Assembly: GCA_951406725.2 (NCBI GenBank)
Contig: OX597824.1
Location: 69,812,001 to 69,876,000 of the forward strand
DNA length: 64,000 nucleotides
Direction of reading: 5' to 3'
Source of the DNA: Octopus vulgaris
Lineage: Eukaryota
The position numbers and the translations under genes are program-made. The notes beneath the pieces were generated by a model. It was not told the origin of the DNA. It was given only the letters and a program-made list of their open reading frames with translations, and did no database searches. Shown in pieces: positions 1 to 10,929 of this stretch (the stretch's first letter is position 1; every line of letters starts with the position of its first letter).

Positions 1-431
1 TTCAAACTCAGGATCTTTTACGCCCCACTCTCCAGCCACATACATATATAGTATGTATGTGTGCCTCTGCGTGTGTGTGTGTGTGTGTTTGTGTGTGTGT
101 GTTTGTGTGTCTGTGTGTGTGTCTGTGTGTGTATATCCCATTCAGCACCACCAACACCGACATAAGAGCAAAAGAAAAAACATTTACACTTTTGCACAGA
201 TGTTTCATCCTTATGAAACATATTTGTTTTGTTTTGTTTAGATTTTTTTAAAATATTTTTTTTAGTTTTCTTTTATTTCAATATTTTATATATATTTTTT
301 CTTTAATATTGTTTAAATGATCTACTTTTGTACTTTCAAGAACACGCGTTGTGTTGCATCGTGCCTTTCTACTTAATCAGAGAGGAAATAGCAATAACTT
401 TATGAATAATAAGAGACTTACACAGAGATAC

Positions 432-438
<7 letters not shown>

Positions 439-495
<57 letters not shown>

Positions 496-561
496 TGTGT
501 GTGTGTGCTTGTCTATACACACACACATACATATATGTATGTATGTATATATATATGTATA

Positions 562-606
<45 letters not shown>

Positions 607-609
607 ATG

Positions 610-685
<76 letters not shown>

Positions 686-779
686 GATAGATAGATAGAT
701 AGTTAGATAGATAGACAGATAGATAGACAGATACATATATATGTATATATGTATGTATATATATGTATATATATATATA
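439..779. repeat. Compound microsatellite block (TA)n/(CA)n/(GA)n/(GATA)n, representative of dozens across the window
   Basis: Directly visible simple repeats; they generate the [16 protein letters not shown] ORFs in the track. Confidence 0.98.
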
Positions 780-1145
780 CTAGCAGTATCGCCCGGCGTT
801 GCTCAGGTTTGTAAGGGAAATAACTATAAAGCATTTTTAGAGAGTTATCGCCAAAAAATGGAAAAAAATGATGGTAAATTTCTTTTGAGAGTAAAAAAAG
901 GTGGAGTTGCGTCCCCTAGACGGTTTGTGTTTCTGATTCTCGACCCCATGTCGAATTTATCGATTTTTTTCAGAACTGGGGGAACTTTTCAAAATTTTCG
1001 CTGCGTTAGTTTTGAATTATGACATTGGGCTATGTGTGGGTCAAGTTTCATCAGAATCGGTTGAAAGCCGTGGTCAGGGTGAGGGTACAAGCAAACAGAC
1101 ACACAGAAACACGCACAGACAAACTGCCGTTTATATATAGAGAGA
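780..1145 (-). mobile_element. Non-autonomous Helitron, copy 1
   Basis: Minus strand reads A|TC...CTAG|T. A subterminal hairpin (CCTGAGCAACGCCGGG) lies about 11 nt before CTAG. Termini are shared with 56054-56409 and 61183-61699. Confidence 0.8.
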
Positions 1146-1188
1146 TATATACACATGCATATTTGTAAATGTATGAATGCGTGTGTGT

Positions 1189-1235
<47 letters not shown>

Positions 1236-1303
1236 TATGTGTGAGTGTGTATGTATATGTATGTATGTATGCATGTATACGTGTATGTATAATACAACAT
1301 GAA

Positions 1304-1380
1304 TCCAGAGGTTAGTACATCTGCACGGAGTGCAGATGTACTAACCTCTGGAAGTCCTTAAGTTTGGGAAGTCCTTAAGT
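1304..1380. repeat. Perfect 23-bp inverted repeat (3-nt loop) followed by a 14-bp direct repeat
   Basis: TCCAGAGGTTAGTACATCTGCAC-GGA-GTGCAGATGTACTAACCTCTGGA at 1304-1352; GGAAGTCCTTAAGT at 1350-1363 and 1367-1380. Confidence 0.9.
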
Positions 1381-1609
1381 ACAATTATACAGGATATCCA
1401 ACATAGCGAACCCAATATTTACTCATCAGATGGATTAAAGGGGATTGCTCACTCTAAGCAAACCTAGGTACTCCTTACAGCTCGATCCGGTCAGCCAGAA
1501 CCCGGATTATAACTGAGTGCTCGTACGGTACTCACCTGGATAAGTTATCCCTATCGGTTCATCGTATATATACTGTGTGTTTGTGTGTTGATTTGTATAT
1601 ATTTTTTTA

Positions 1610-1873
1610 TCTTTTACTTGTTTCAGTCATTAGATTGCGGCCAAGCTGGGGCACTGTCTTTCAGAATTTTAGTCGAATGAATCGACCCCAGCGATTTTTT
1701 TTTGTAGAATATGTACTGGTACTTACTCTATCGGTCTCTCTTGCTGAACCGTTAGGTTACGGGGGCGTAAGTGCACCAGGTGATGGTGTGGGAGAAATAC
1801 AAAGACACAGACAGACTGACAGACACACACACACACAAACACACACAGGCACGCACACACTCACACACACACA

Positions 1874-1909
<36 letters not shown>

Positions 1910-2090
1910 TTTATATATACAGTATATACGACGATCTTTCAGTTTCCGTCTACTAAATCCGCTCACAAGTCTTTGGTCGGCTCGAGGCTACAGAAGAAGA
2001 CACTATTTGAAGGGGTCTCGCAGTGGGACAGAACATGAGACCATGTGGTTGAGAATCAAGCTTCTTACCACATACCTACGCCTGCGCCTA
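1610..2090 (-). mobile_element. tRNA-derived SINE, family B (CORE-like GCACCTTGGGCAAGTGTCTTCT, internal microsatellite, tail GACTGAAACAAGTAAAAGA)
   Basis: Reverse complement matches the many copies at 23625, 25340, 29768, 30755, 41818 and 44790. Confidence 0.85.
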
Positions 2091-2154
2091 TATGTACATA
2101 CATACATACATACATACATACATACATACATACATACATTCATACATACATACA

Positions 2155-2190
<36 letters not shown>

Positions 2191-2544
2191 TGTGTGTATG
2201 TGTGTGTATATATATATACATATATATATGTGTGTGTGTATATATATAATGGACTTCATTTAGGCATAGAGTAGATTCGAACTTGAATCGGCAAATTTCC
2301 CATAATATTTCAACAGCACTTGTCTCATAGAAAACCAATGGTTGACAGCAAGTTACATTTAACATATGGTTTTACTCAGCCGATTTATGTCTTTGCTACT
2401 TGACCCTCTTAACCTCTTCTAGGCCATGAGAAGTTACAATTGTGATAACAGGTACCCCCAACGAAAGCTATTGTTCTCAACAATATGTCTCTCTTTCTAA
2501 GTAATTTTATATAATCATAAATACATGAACTTCGTAAGCCAAAA

Positions 2545-4348
2545 TCTAGTCGTGGGTGACCTGGTGGGAGAGGCGCAGACATGCGCCATCCCATGTAGGA
2601 CGATACACGAGAACCTTCACATCATATGCTACGCTATAGAGCTGGTGGATAAAATTTCTGGCAAAGATGGGGCACTGGTGAATTTAGACCAGTCTAAGGC
2701 ATTCGATAGAATTGACCATCGGTATCTGGCGGCGGTCCTCCGGGCGGTCGGACTGGGTCCGACTTTCCCTGGCTGGATCAATGCTATGTATAGCGACATC
2801 GACTCAGTCATCCGAGTCAACAGTTTCTTTTCGAAGACGTTCGCGATCGAGTGTTCAGTTCACCAGAGCTGCCCCCTGTCCCTGGTTCTGTATGTATTGG
2901 CTTTTGAGCCACTGCTGCGAAGGTTGTAGGCCGCGTGGAGAGACCCGTGTGGGGAGAGCCGCGTTATCTACGTTATGGTAGAAGGGAGACGGCATATGCA
3001 GATGATGTCACCATCATCGTGTTTGATGAAGGGCAGCTACCTCGTGTAGAAGACGCCATCAAAAGATACGAAGCGGGGGCAAGAGCAAAAGTTAACCAGG
3101 AAAAATTAGTCGGTTTGCAACTCGGCACCTGGAGGGGCAAGTCGATGGATCCCAACAGCGTCGTGGGACGTTGGACGGAGGGCCCGGGTAAACTGCTTGG
3201 GGTCTGGTTCCTCCAGATGGAGAAAAACTGGAAGGAGGTCACAAGTAAGATGACGGCCATAGCCCAGACCTGTTCTGGGAGGACGCTATCCTTGCTAGGG
3301 AGGTTGCACAGGGGTTTATAGCATCTGTGATAACCTACCGCCTAACCGTCGTGCCTTGCCCCGGTGTGTGGCTGACTAAGTTTGAACGGATCCTTTTCTA
3401 CTTTTTATGGAATGGGAAACCACCACTTGTGAGGCGCTCCATCTGCTGCCAGAAAACGTTAAGGGGTGGTTTAGGGATGCCTTGGCTGATGATGCGCAAG
3501 TATACACTGAGACTGAGACATCTCTCTGACTCAACCTGGATGGTGAGCGGGTGTGGTTACCGCATGTCAAGCTCTTCCTTCCACAATTGACGTCTCTAAG
3601 GGACATAGGGATATGGATCAAGTTTAGACCGAAAATGGTCGATTGGCAGAAGGAGTGCAGACGAGCACTCACTCTATTCTCCTAGACGAGCAATACCGGC
3701 AGCGGGGCTACCACTGCGGATTTTTGTAGCGGGTTGGTAGAGCACATGTCCCATGACGTCCTGGGGGAGACTATGGGCTTCGATGGGGTTCAACTTGTCA
3801 ACCTGTTTGGAAGAACATTCGGGTCGAGGTATCTGGATAACTTCCGAAAATCCCTGGCCTGGTTGTACTACCGATCGGCCTGGCCAGTTCGAGAGAGGTT
3901 GTTAAGGCATGGAATTGCCCCCCCTTCCACCACCACCACATTCCCGGGGTGCGAGCGTGTCAGTGAAACTGTCACGCATGCCATCGTACATTGTGAGGAA
4001 TTGAGGGAATTGATAACCCATGTCGAACAACTTATGTCGGAAACAGAAAGAGTACGGCTTTCGACTGAGTCTATCATCACGATTGTACCGCCTCCTTCTT
4101 TGAATAAGGAAAAGGAGGCATCCTTTTTCTGCGTAGTAGCCGTGCTGAAAGGTACGGCATGGGTGACGCGTGGAAAGGGAAGTGAGACGAGCAACTTTAT
4201 CTCCGGACGCGGGTTGGTGTGCTGCTTCAACTACCATCTGTCCAGAAAGATCAGTCTGGAGAAGAAGTGCCTGTCTCAAAGAACTTTTGAGAAAAGATGG
4301 GCAAATGTCGGAAGGAAGTTGAGAGTGAATAGGGCCGCGCTGGTGTAG
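2545..4348 (+). pseudogene. Tx1/L1-clade non-LTR retrotransposon ORF2 remnant (RT to C-terminal zinc region), with stops and frameshifts
   Basis: Successive ORFs contain LVNLDQSKAFDRIDH, SVHQSCPLS, TAYADDV, GGLGMP and GCERVSETVTHAIVHC. Clearly homologous to 54535-55578. Confidence 0.9.
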
Positions 4349-4572
4349 TATATACCAGAGTAAGCACATAAATATAAAACAAGGTGGAAAAACTAGTACT
4401 CGAATACCAGAAGTAGAGTAATATGCTTTATTAATAAAGCTGCCAAGATATCATAAAAAGTGTCACTTGGAGTTTCACATTCCCGTTCAGCTGACAGTTT
4501 TCCGATGAATGATAACGTGAAACTCTGAGTAACAGGTTTTGTGATGTCTTTGCTACTTTATTAATAAAGTAT
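4349..4572. mobile_element. Fold-back cassette with head-to-head degenerate hammerhead motifs (Penelope pseudo-LTR-like)
   Basis: Imperfect palindrome at 4422-4572. Plus arm: CCGATGA-atgataacgt-GAAAC-tctga-GTA-acag. Minus arm: ctgt-CAGCTGA-acgggaatgt-GAAAC-tccaa-GTG-aca. Confidence 0.65.
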
Positions 4573-4576
4573 GTGC

Positions 4577-4641
<65 letters not shown>

Positions 4642-4704
4642 TATATTATATTATATTATATTATATTATATTATATTATATTATATTATATTATATTATA
4701 TTTT

Positions 4705-5185
4705 AGGGTATCTAAGAGATACCACCACTCTGGAAGTAGCAGCCAAAACTTGACCCTAAAACCACATTAAATGTTCATACAGCACCAGGAGAGAAGACAA
4801 AGAGACAAAATAAACTAGCAAAAAAATTACTGGATGATTCCAGATCCCGGATTTCTGACTCTGCATGAAAAATGCTCTGCCTTCCTGAGTATATTCCACT
4901 GATTAAGGCAGAGCATTTCCTATGCAGCTCCAGAAATCCAGGATCTGGAATTATCCAGTATTTTATTTTTTGCTAGTTTATTTTGTCTTTTTGTCTTCTC
5001 TCCTGGTGCTGTATGAACATTTATTGTGGTTTTAGAGCCAAGTTTTGGCAGCTATTTCCAGTGTGGTGGTATCTCTAAGATACCCTGAATTATAATTTTA
5101 ATAATAATTACTACCATAAAAGGTTTTTATTCCCATGCTGGCCACCAGATAAGATCCGTATTTAAATATCGATCTTATCCTTATT
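4705..5185 (+). mobile_element. Fold-back cassette with about 180-bp inverted arms and a hammerhead-like motif
   Basis: Arms at 4705-4883 and 4905-5086; the right arm continues to (TA)n. Motif ttcca-CTGATTA-...-GAAAT-ccagg-ATC-tggaa at 4894-4950. Confidence 0.75.
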
Positions 5186-5192
5186 TATATAA

Positions 5193-5285
<93 letters not shown>

Positions 5286-5292
5286 TGTATAC

Positions 5293-5350
<58 letters not shown>

Positions 5351-5442
5351 ACGTATATATATATATATATATATATTACGGAGATGTACTTGCATAGCAA
5401 GTGATTTGATCTGAGATCGTGTGCTGGGATGCAGCACGGATT

Positions 5443-5493
5443 TTTGTCAGTGAACAGGTCGCGGTCTTACAGCGACGAAAATATTTTGACAAA
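5443..5493 (+). ncRNA. Minimal type I hammerhead ribozyme-like motif with G3:C8 covariant core, inside a 200-bp element (5376-5573) between (TA)n tracts
   Basis: TTTGTCA / GTGAACA / g GTCGC ggtcttaca GCGAC / GAAA ATAT TT / TGACAAA: 7-bp stem I, 5-bp stem II, palindromic AATATT stem III. Confidence 0.65.
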
Positions 5494-5569
5494 TTAAACT
5501 TAAATGTTGAAGTGAATCGAACGGCTTTTGTGTGTTTCTTAAATGGCTTACAAACACCTTCCACGCTAC

Positions 5570-5607
<38 letters not shown>

Positions 5608-5609
5608 TA

Positions 5610-5697
<88 letters not shown>

Positions 5698-5758
5698 TAT
5701 ATATAGATGTATGTATATATACAAATAGTGTATATATGTATATATTTATGCATGTGTA

Positions 5759-5823
<65 letters not shown>

Positions 5824-5989
5824 GTATTTAAATATATTCCCGACGGGCTTCTTTCAATTTCCGTCTATGAAATTCATGCACAAGGCTTTGGACAGTCCAG
5901 GATTACTATAGAAGACACTTTCCCAAACCAGGAACCACACGGTTGAGGACCAAATGTCTTACAACGCTGCTACACCTGCACCTATATAT

Positions 5990-6376
5990 AGTGGTACTCC
6001 GTCGTTCACGACGACGAGGCTTCCAGTTGATCCGATCAACGGGACAGCCGGCTCATAGACTTAATGTGCAAGTGGCTGAGCATTCCACAGACATGTGTAC
6101 CATTAACGTACCATTAACGGGGAGATTCAGCGTGACACAGAGTGTTACAAGGCTGGCTCTTTGAAATACAGGTACAACAGAAACAGGAAGAAAGTGTGAG
6201 AGAAAGTTGTGGTGAAAGAGTACAGCAGGGTTCGCCACCACCCACTGCCGTAGCCTCGTGGATCTTTTGGTATTTTCGTTCAATATACACTGACAACATC
6301 CGGTCTGGGAGTCGGAACTGCGATCGTAATGACCGCGAGTCCGCTGTCCTAACCACTGGGCCATCGCGCCTCCATG
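5990..6376 (-). mobile_element. tRNA(Arg-like)-derived SINE, family C
   Basis: Minus-strand head GGAGGCGCGATGGCCCAGTGGTTAGG with A/B-box-like motifs; matches 33280, 59025 and 62534. Confidence 0.85.
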
Positions 6377-6429
6377 CCTATATATATATATATATATATA
6401 ACCGTTTGTGTGTGTGTGTCTACATTCAT

Positions 6430-6487
<58 letters not shown>

Positions 6488-6535
6488 CCGTTTGTGTGTG
6501 TGTGTATACACACACGCACAACTAAACACGCGCAC

Positions 6536-6571
<36 letters not shown>

Positions 6572-6579
6572 ACTATAAA

Positions 6580-6631
<52 letters not shown>

Positions 6632-6687
6632 ATCTTACTCTGAACTGCTTCTCGTTCGCGGGCGAGTTCTACCATCAGATCTCGGGA

Positions 6688-8196
6688 GTGGCCATGGGAA
6701 CGCGAATGGGCCCCAACTATGCGAACCTGTTCGTTGGCTATGTTGAGGCCCAAATATTCTCTAATTTCACTGGTCCCACTCCTGAACTATATGGTCGTTA
6801 CATTGACGACATTATCGGTGCCACCTCACTCTCCCGTGAACATCTAGATTCCTTCCTCTCTTTCGTCCAATCTTTCCATCCAGCCCTCCACTTCACTTCC
6901 ACTATCTCCAACACCTCTGTCTCCTTCCTCGACATTTCGGTTAGCATTCTTCACTCCACTCTTACCACCTCCATTCACTACAAACACACAGACTCACACT
7001 CATACCTCAACTTCTCTTCCTCCCACCCAGAACACACCAAGCTTTCCATCCCCTATTCCCAATTCCTCCGTCTACGTAGGCTCTGTAGTGACGACCATGA
7101 CTTTGAGACTCAGTCTCAACGTATGGCTCACCACTTCACCCTACGTGGATACCCCCTCACCACTATCCACACCGCCCTTGCCAGAGCACGGTCCGTGGAC
7201 CGTGTATCTGCTCTCTCTCCCCGAACCCGCCCTGTAGTCTCCCGCCTCCCTTTTCCCCTCACTTACCACCCCACGACCCTACGTCTCCAACGCACCATTC
7301 TTCGAGCTTTCCGTCATCTCCAGTCCGACCCGTCCACTTCACACCTCTTCCCTAACCGACCCCTCCCCTCTTTCAAACGAGCCCACAACCTTCGAGACCT
7401 TTTGGTCCATAGCTCCTTCCCTGACCCTACCTCCCAACCCGGCTCGTTCCCCTGCTCCCGCCCACGTTGCCGCACTTGCCCTTACCTCTCCAACACCACC
7501 CGCCTCACTAGCACCCACCATCGACCCTATCCCATCATCCACTCCTTCACCTGCACCTCCAGCAATATTATCTATTGCGTCTCTTGCTCTCTCTGCAATT
7601 CCTTGTACATCGGACAAACGGGACGCCGCTTGGCTGACCGGTTCGCGGAACACCTTCGTGACATCCACCTTGCGAACGACACACCGGTCTCACGCCATTT
7701 CCGCTCCACCGGTCACTCCTTGCAACACCTATCTGTGTTCGGTTTGTCCTTACACAGAGGCCATCCGGATTCCCGTTTGCGCCGTGAACAGGAATTAATC
7801 TTCTCTCTTCGCTCTTATACGCCATTTGGTCTCAACTCTCCCCCCTCCTCATCTAACCCCCCTCTCCCCCCTCCTCACCTATCCTTCCCCCCCGACTCCT
7901 ACTTCTTCAGTCCTTCATCCTTTCACCCCTACTCCCCTTCCCTTCTTCCCTCTTTCTCCCTCCCTCCTTCAATCTTCCCCTTCCCTCTGCTCCCTCACTC
8001 CCCTTCTCTCTCGCCCTCCCACTCTTTCCTCCTTCCTCCCCCTCCTCCTCCCCTTCCTTCTCCCCTCCTCTCCTCTTCCCCCCTCTCCTCCCCCTCTTCT
8101 TCCCCTCCCTTCTCCCCCCTCTTCTCCCCTCCCCCTCTTCTCCTCACTACACCACACGACTTTACACATCACATCATATATGATGTGCCATACTAA
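6688..8196 (+). CDS. Penelope-like reverse transcriptase (C-terminal half) + GIY-YIG endonuclease; conserved part ends near 7836, the rest is Pro/Ser read-through of a pyrimidine tract
   Basis: MGTRMGPNYANLF, YGRYIDD, SFLDI, YLNFSSSHP, IPYSQFLRLRRLCS, CSRPRCRTC, IIYCVSCSLCNSLYIGQTGRRLADRFAEH and PFGLN, with no internal stops. Confidence 0.9.
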   Translation: MAMGTRMGPNYANLFVGYVEAQIFSNFTGPTPELYGRYIDDIIGATSLSREHLDSFLSFVQSFHPALHFTSTISNTSVSFLDISVSILHSTLTTSIHYKHTDSHSYLNFSSSHPEHTKLSIPYSQFLRLRRLCSDDHDFETQSQRMAHHFTLRGYPLTTIHTALARARSVDRVSALSPRTRPVVSRLPFPLTYHPTTLRLQRTILRAFRHLQSDPSTSHLFPNRPLPSFKRAHNLRDLLVHSSFPDPTSQPGSFPCSRPRCRTCPYLSNTTRLTSTHHRPYPIIHSFTCTSSNIIYCVSCSLCNSLYIGQTGRRLADRFAEHLRDIHLANDTPVSRHFRSTGHSLQHLSVFGLSLHRGHPDSRLRREQELIFSLRSYTPFGLNSPPSSSNPPLPPPHLSFPPDSYFFSPSSFHPYSPSLLPSFSLPPSIFPFPLLPHSPSLSPSHSFLLPPPPPPLPSPLLSSSPLSSPSSSPPFSPLFSPPPLLLTTPHDFTHHIIYDVPY

Positions 8197-8428
8197 TACA
8201 TACACCAACTAATACATACTAATACGTACTAATACATACTAATACATACTAATACATACACCAACCCTATACATACACACGTCCAGACCCCTCATACGCA
8301 CTTATACTCTCTCATACACACACACACACACGTATACATACTAATACGTACTAATACATACTAATACATACTAATACATACACCAACCCCATACATACGC
8401 CTGTCCAGACCTATCCTACGCACTAATA

Positions 8429-8469
<41 letters not shown>

Positions 8470-8545
8470 ATACATACTAATACATACTAATACATACACC
8501 AACCCTATACATACACACGTCCAGACCCCTCCTACGCACTAATAG
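8189..8545 (+). repeat. CATACTAATA 10-mer array nested in a roughly 120-bp higher-order repeat (3 copies)
   Basis: Unit catactaata...caccaaccctatacatacacacgtccagacccctc recurs near 8237, 8357 and 8473. Confidence 0.85.
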
Positions 8546-8712
8546 GTGGTCATTCAACCCTATTATCAACCCTATTATCTCCCCTTATTTCGCTCTCGCG
8601 TCTCATGTTTGATCTTTGACTTCTGGCCGAAATCAGATCGCCATGTTGATTCGTTAGTTACTGCACGCATTTTTTTCTCTCCTTCTTTCTGTGTTTTTTT
8701 TCTCTCTGTGTA

Positions 8713-8750
8713 TCTTTCTGTTGAAGAGCGTAGGCTCGAAACGTTAAAGA
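8713..8750 (+). ncRNA. Minimal hammerhead ribozyme-like motif in the Penelope pseudo-LTR
   Basis: TCTTT / CTGTTGA / a GAGC gtag GCTC / GAAA CG TT / AAAGA. A6 is replaced by U; stem III is the palindrome ACGT. Confidence 0.65.
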
Positions 8751-8848
8751 CTTGTTTTATTTATATTTCCTGAGCGCCATACTAATACAATTGTTTGTTT
8801 GTTTTCCACCTGCCTTCGTCTTTTGTCTATTTTCATAAAGCTTCCCCC

Positions 8849-8902
<54 letters not shown>

Positions 8903-9478
8903 AGGCGCGGTCCCACGAATTTTTCGGAGAGAGGGCACAAAGTCAGAAGGAAATCCAGTTCCAGGAGAAAAGGACGTAATCACATTGTATAGAAGTCCGC
9001 CGCTGTTTATCATATATTTTTCTCTATATATAACTCGTATATTCATTTGCGTCGTACGTTCACATCCAGTCTACTGTTGCAGGACGAACGACTCTTTCGC
9101 GGACCCGATAAAATCGCTGTGATAGGTTTGGGAAGTCCTTAAGTCAAGTGTTGTAGTTTTATTCAGCTTATCTCTCTCAATGGCAAAACACCAGCTGCTA
9201 TGGCAGTTTATAAGAGGTCTTTCAATTTTCGTACAATCTCTTGCTGTCTTTCAAACCTCTCTCTCCCACTTTCTCTTTGTCTGTCTCTATCTGTCTCTCT
9301 CTTTTTCTCTCTCTCGCTTTCGCTCTTTCTCACTCCCTTACACACACTTTCTCACACACATAAACGCATATCTGTATATCTTTCTGTATGAGTCATTTAG
9401 TGGAGGCTATCCCTCGTCGCTGACGATGTCCTGCTTGTGGTGGATTTTCTGTTTATTATCTGTTTAACACATGCGGTA

Positions 9479-9516
<38 letters not shown>

Positions 9517-9697
9517 GCACAAAAACGCATACACTCACAAACCTAAACACGCCCAAACACACACACACACACATGCATCACATCTTTGTCCGGTTCTAAG
9601 TATAGGTCAGTAGGTTAACCTACTCCATCTCCATTGCCGTTGTTGTTTTCGCTTGACGTACACAATCAATGTATTGTTACAATAAGTTTTAGCTCTA

Positions 9698-9915
9698 AGA
9701 CGGCGAGCTGGCGGAAACGTTAGCAATCCGGGCGAAATGCACAGCGATATTTCGTCAGTCTTTTCGCTCTGTGTTCAAATTCCGCCGAGGTCGGCTTTAC
9801 TTTTCATCCTTTCGGGGGCCGATGAATTAAGTACCAGTTGCGTACTGAGGTCGATCTAATCGACTGGCCCCCTCCCCCAAAATTTCAGTCCTTGTGCCTA
9901 GAGTAGAAAAAGAAT
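9698..9915 (+). mobile_element. tRNA-derived SINE, family A (Meta-domain-like core CCTTTCATCCTTTCGGGGTCGATAAATTAAGTACCAG)
   Basis: Head GGCGGCGAGCTGGC and B-box-like GTTCAAATTCC; many copies in the window. Confidence 0.85.
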
Positions 9916-10139
9916 AAGTTTTTGCTCTCTTACGGTTTGTAAAATCTACAATGAAGCTAGCTTTAAGCTGACGACGAATGGAATATTTCCGCCTGCATTC
10001 CTTAAACAGTTTCAAACACAGAACACAAAATAGCATCTGTATATTTAACTTGACGTTGATTTACTGTAGAAAGTCACAAAACTATGGAATTCTTCTCGAG
10101 ATAGAATCTCATATAGACGTATTTTTTATTATATTATTC

Positions 10140-10385
10140 CGCCTTTAACCCTCCAGCGCGGAGTATAGGCCACTCATAGTTGAATTCTATGTCGCATAAT
10201 TTTTCGCTTCTGTACTTATACTCTGCCATGAATGTCCCCCTTTCTCCAGTTCCTTTTTTGTTGATCTACGCCACGAATTCTTAGGCCTACCTTTCTTTCT
10301 ATATTCCACTGTAAAGCACTTTTCGCTACATTTGGTATGTCTTTTCTAATTGAGCTACCAATCCACCTCCACTTTTTCTTAAATA
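10140..10385 (-). pseudogene. RTE-clade LINE 3' end remnant
   Basis: Minus strand translates RKKGRPKNSWRRSTKKELEK...SWQ...GLYS, a typical RTE C-terminus. Confidence 0.6.
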
Positions 10386-10929
10386 TTTGCTCCCTAAACT
10401 ACTAAATAGTACAGAAGAATATCAGTAGCAGACAAAATATTTCCAACAGCGGCGGTGGAATTCCTAAATTTCTGCTCTTTCGTGGGTCATCGGTAGCAAG
10501 TATCCATTAGCAACTGCATGCTTAGACTAATTTAGCTTTCACTGATACAGAGAAACAGTGATTAACAAGTCTCTGGTATAAAGAAATATCCGGCAGGCTA
10601 TAGAAAAATTCATTGATAGCAAAGGAAGCACTATTAGTGCAAAACATCATTTTGTATATCTTACTTAATGTGGATGCACTGAAGAAAACTCGCAAAACTG
10701 CGGTATTCGTCGCAAAAAGGCATCTCGTATAGTGCTAAAAAGCAGAGAAACATATCAGTAACAAAAAAAAGTGTCCAGCAGCAGCGATGGGGTTGCTAAA
10801 TGTAGGTCTTTGCTTTCCTAAGCGTCGTCGGTCGCAACTATCAGCAAGCAAACGCATACTTAAAGAAATTTAGCTTCTGAGATTCCTCATATTTCCAGTG
10901 AGTCCGATAATTGATGTGTATTTTACTGC

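Larger units (their letters stand above)
6631..8848 (+). mobile_element. 5'-truncated Penelope-like element (Poseidon-like) with 3' pseudo-LTR
   Basis: Starts directly after (CTAT)n in mid-RT (ILTLNCFSFAGEFYHQISGVAMG). Then the ORF, a pyrimidine tract, a minisatellite and a hammerhead-bearing terminus ending at (TA)n. Confidence 0.92.

Noticed and set aside
10420-10878. Two diverged direct repeats of about 120 bp, roughly 330 bp apart
   Set aside because: Similarity is low and I could assign no structure or family.
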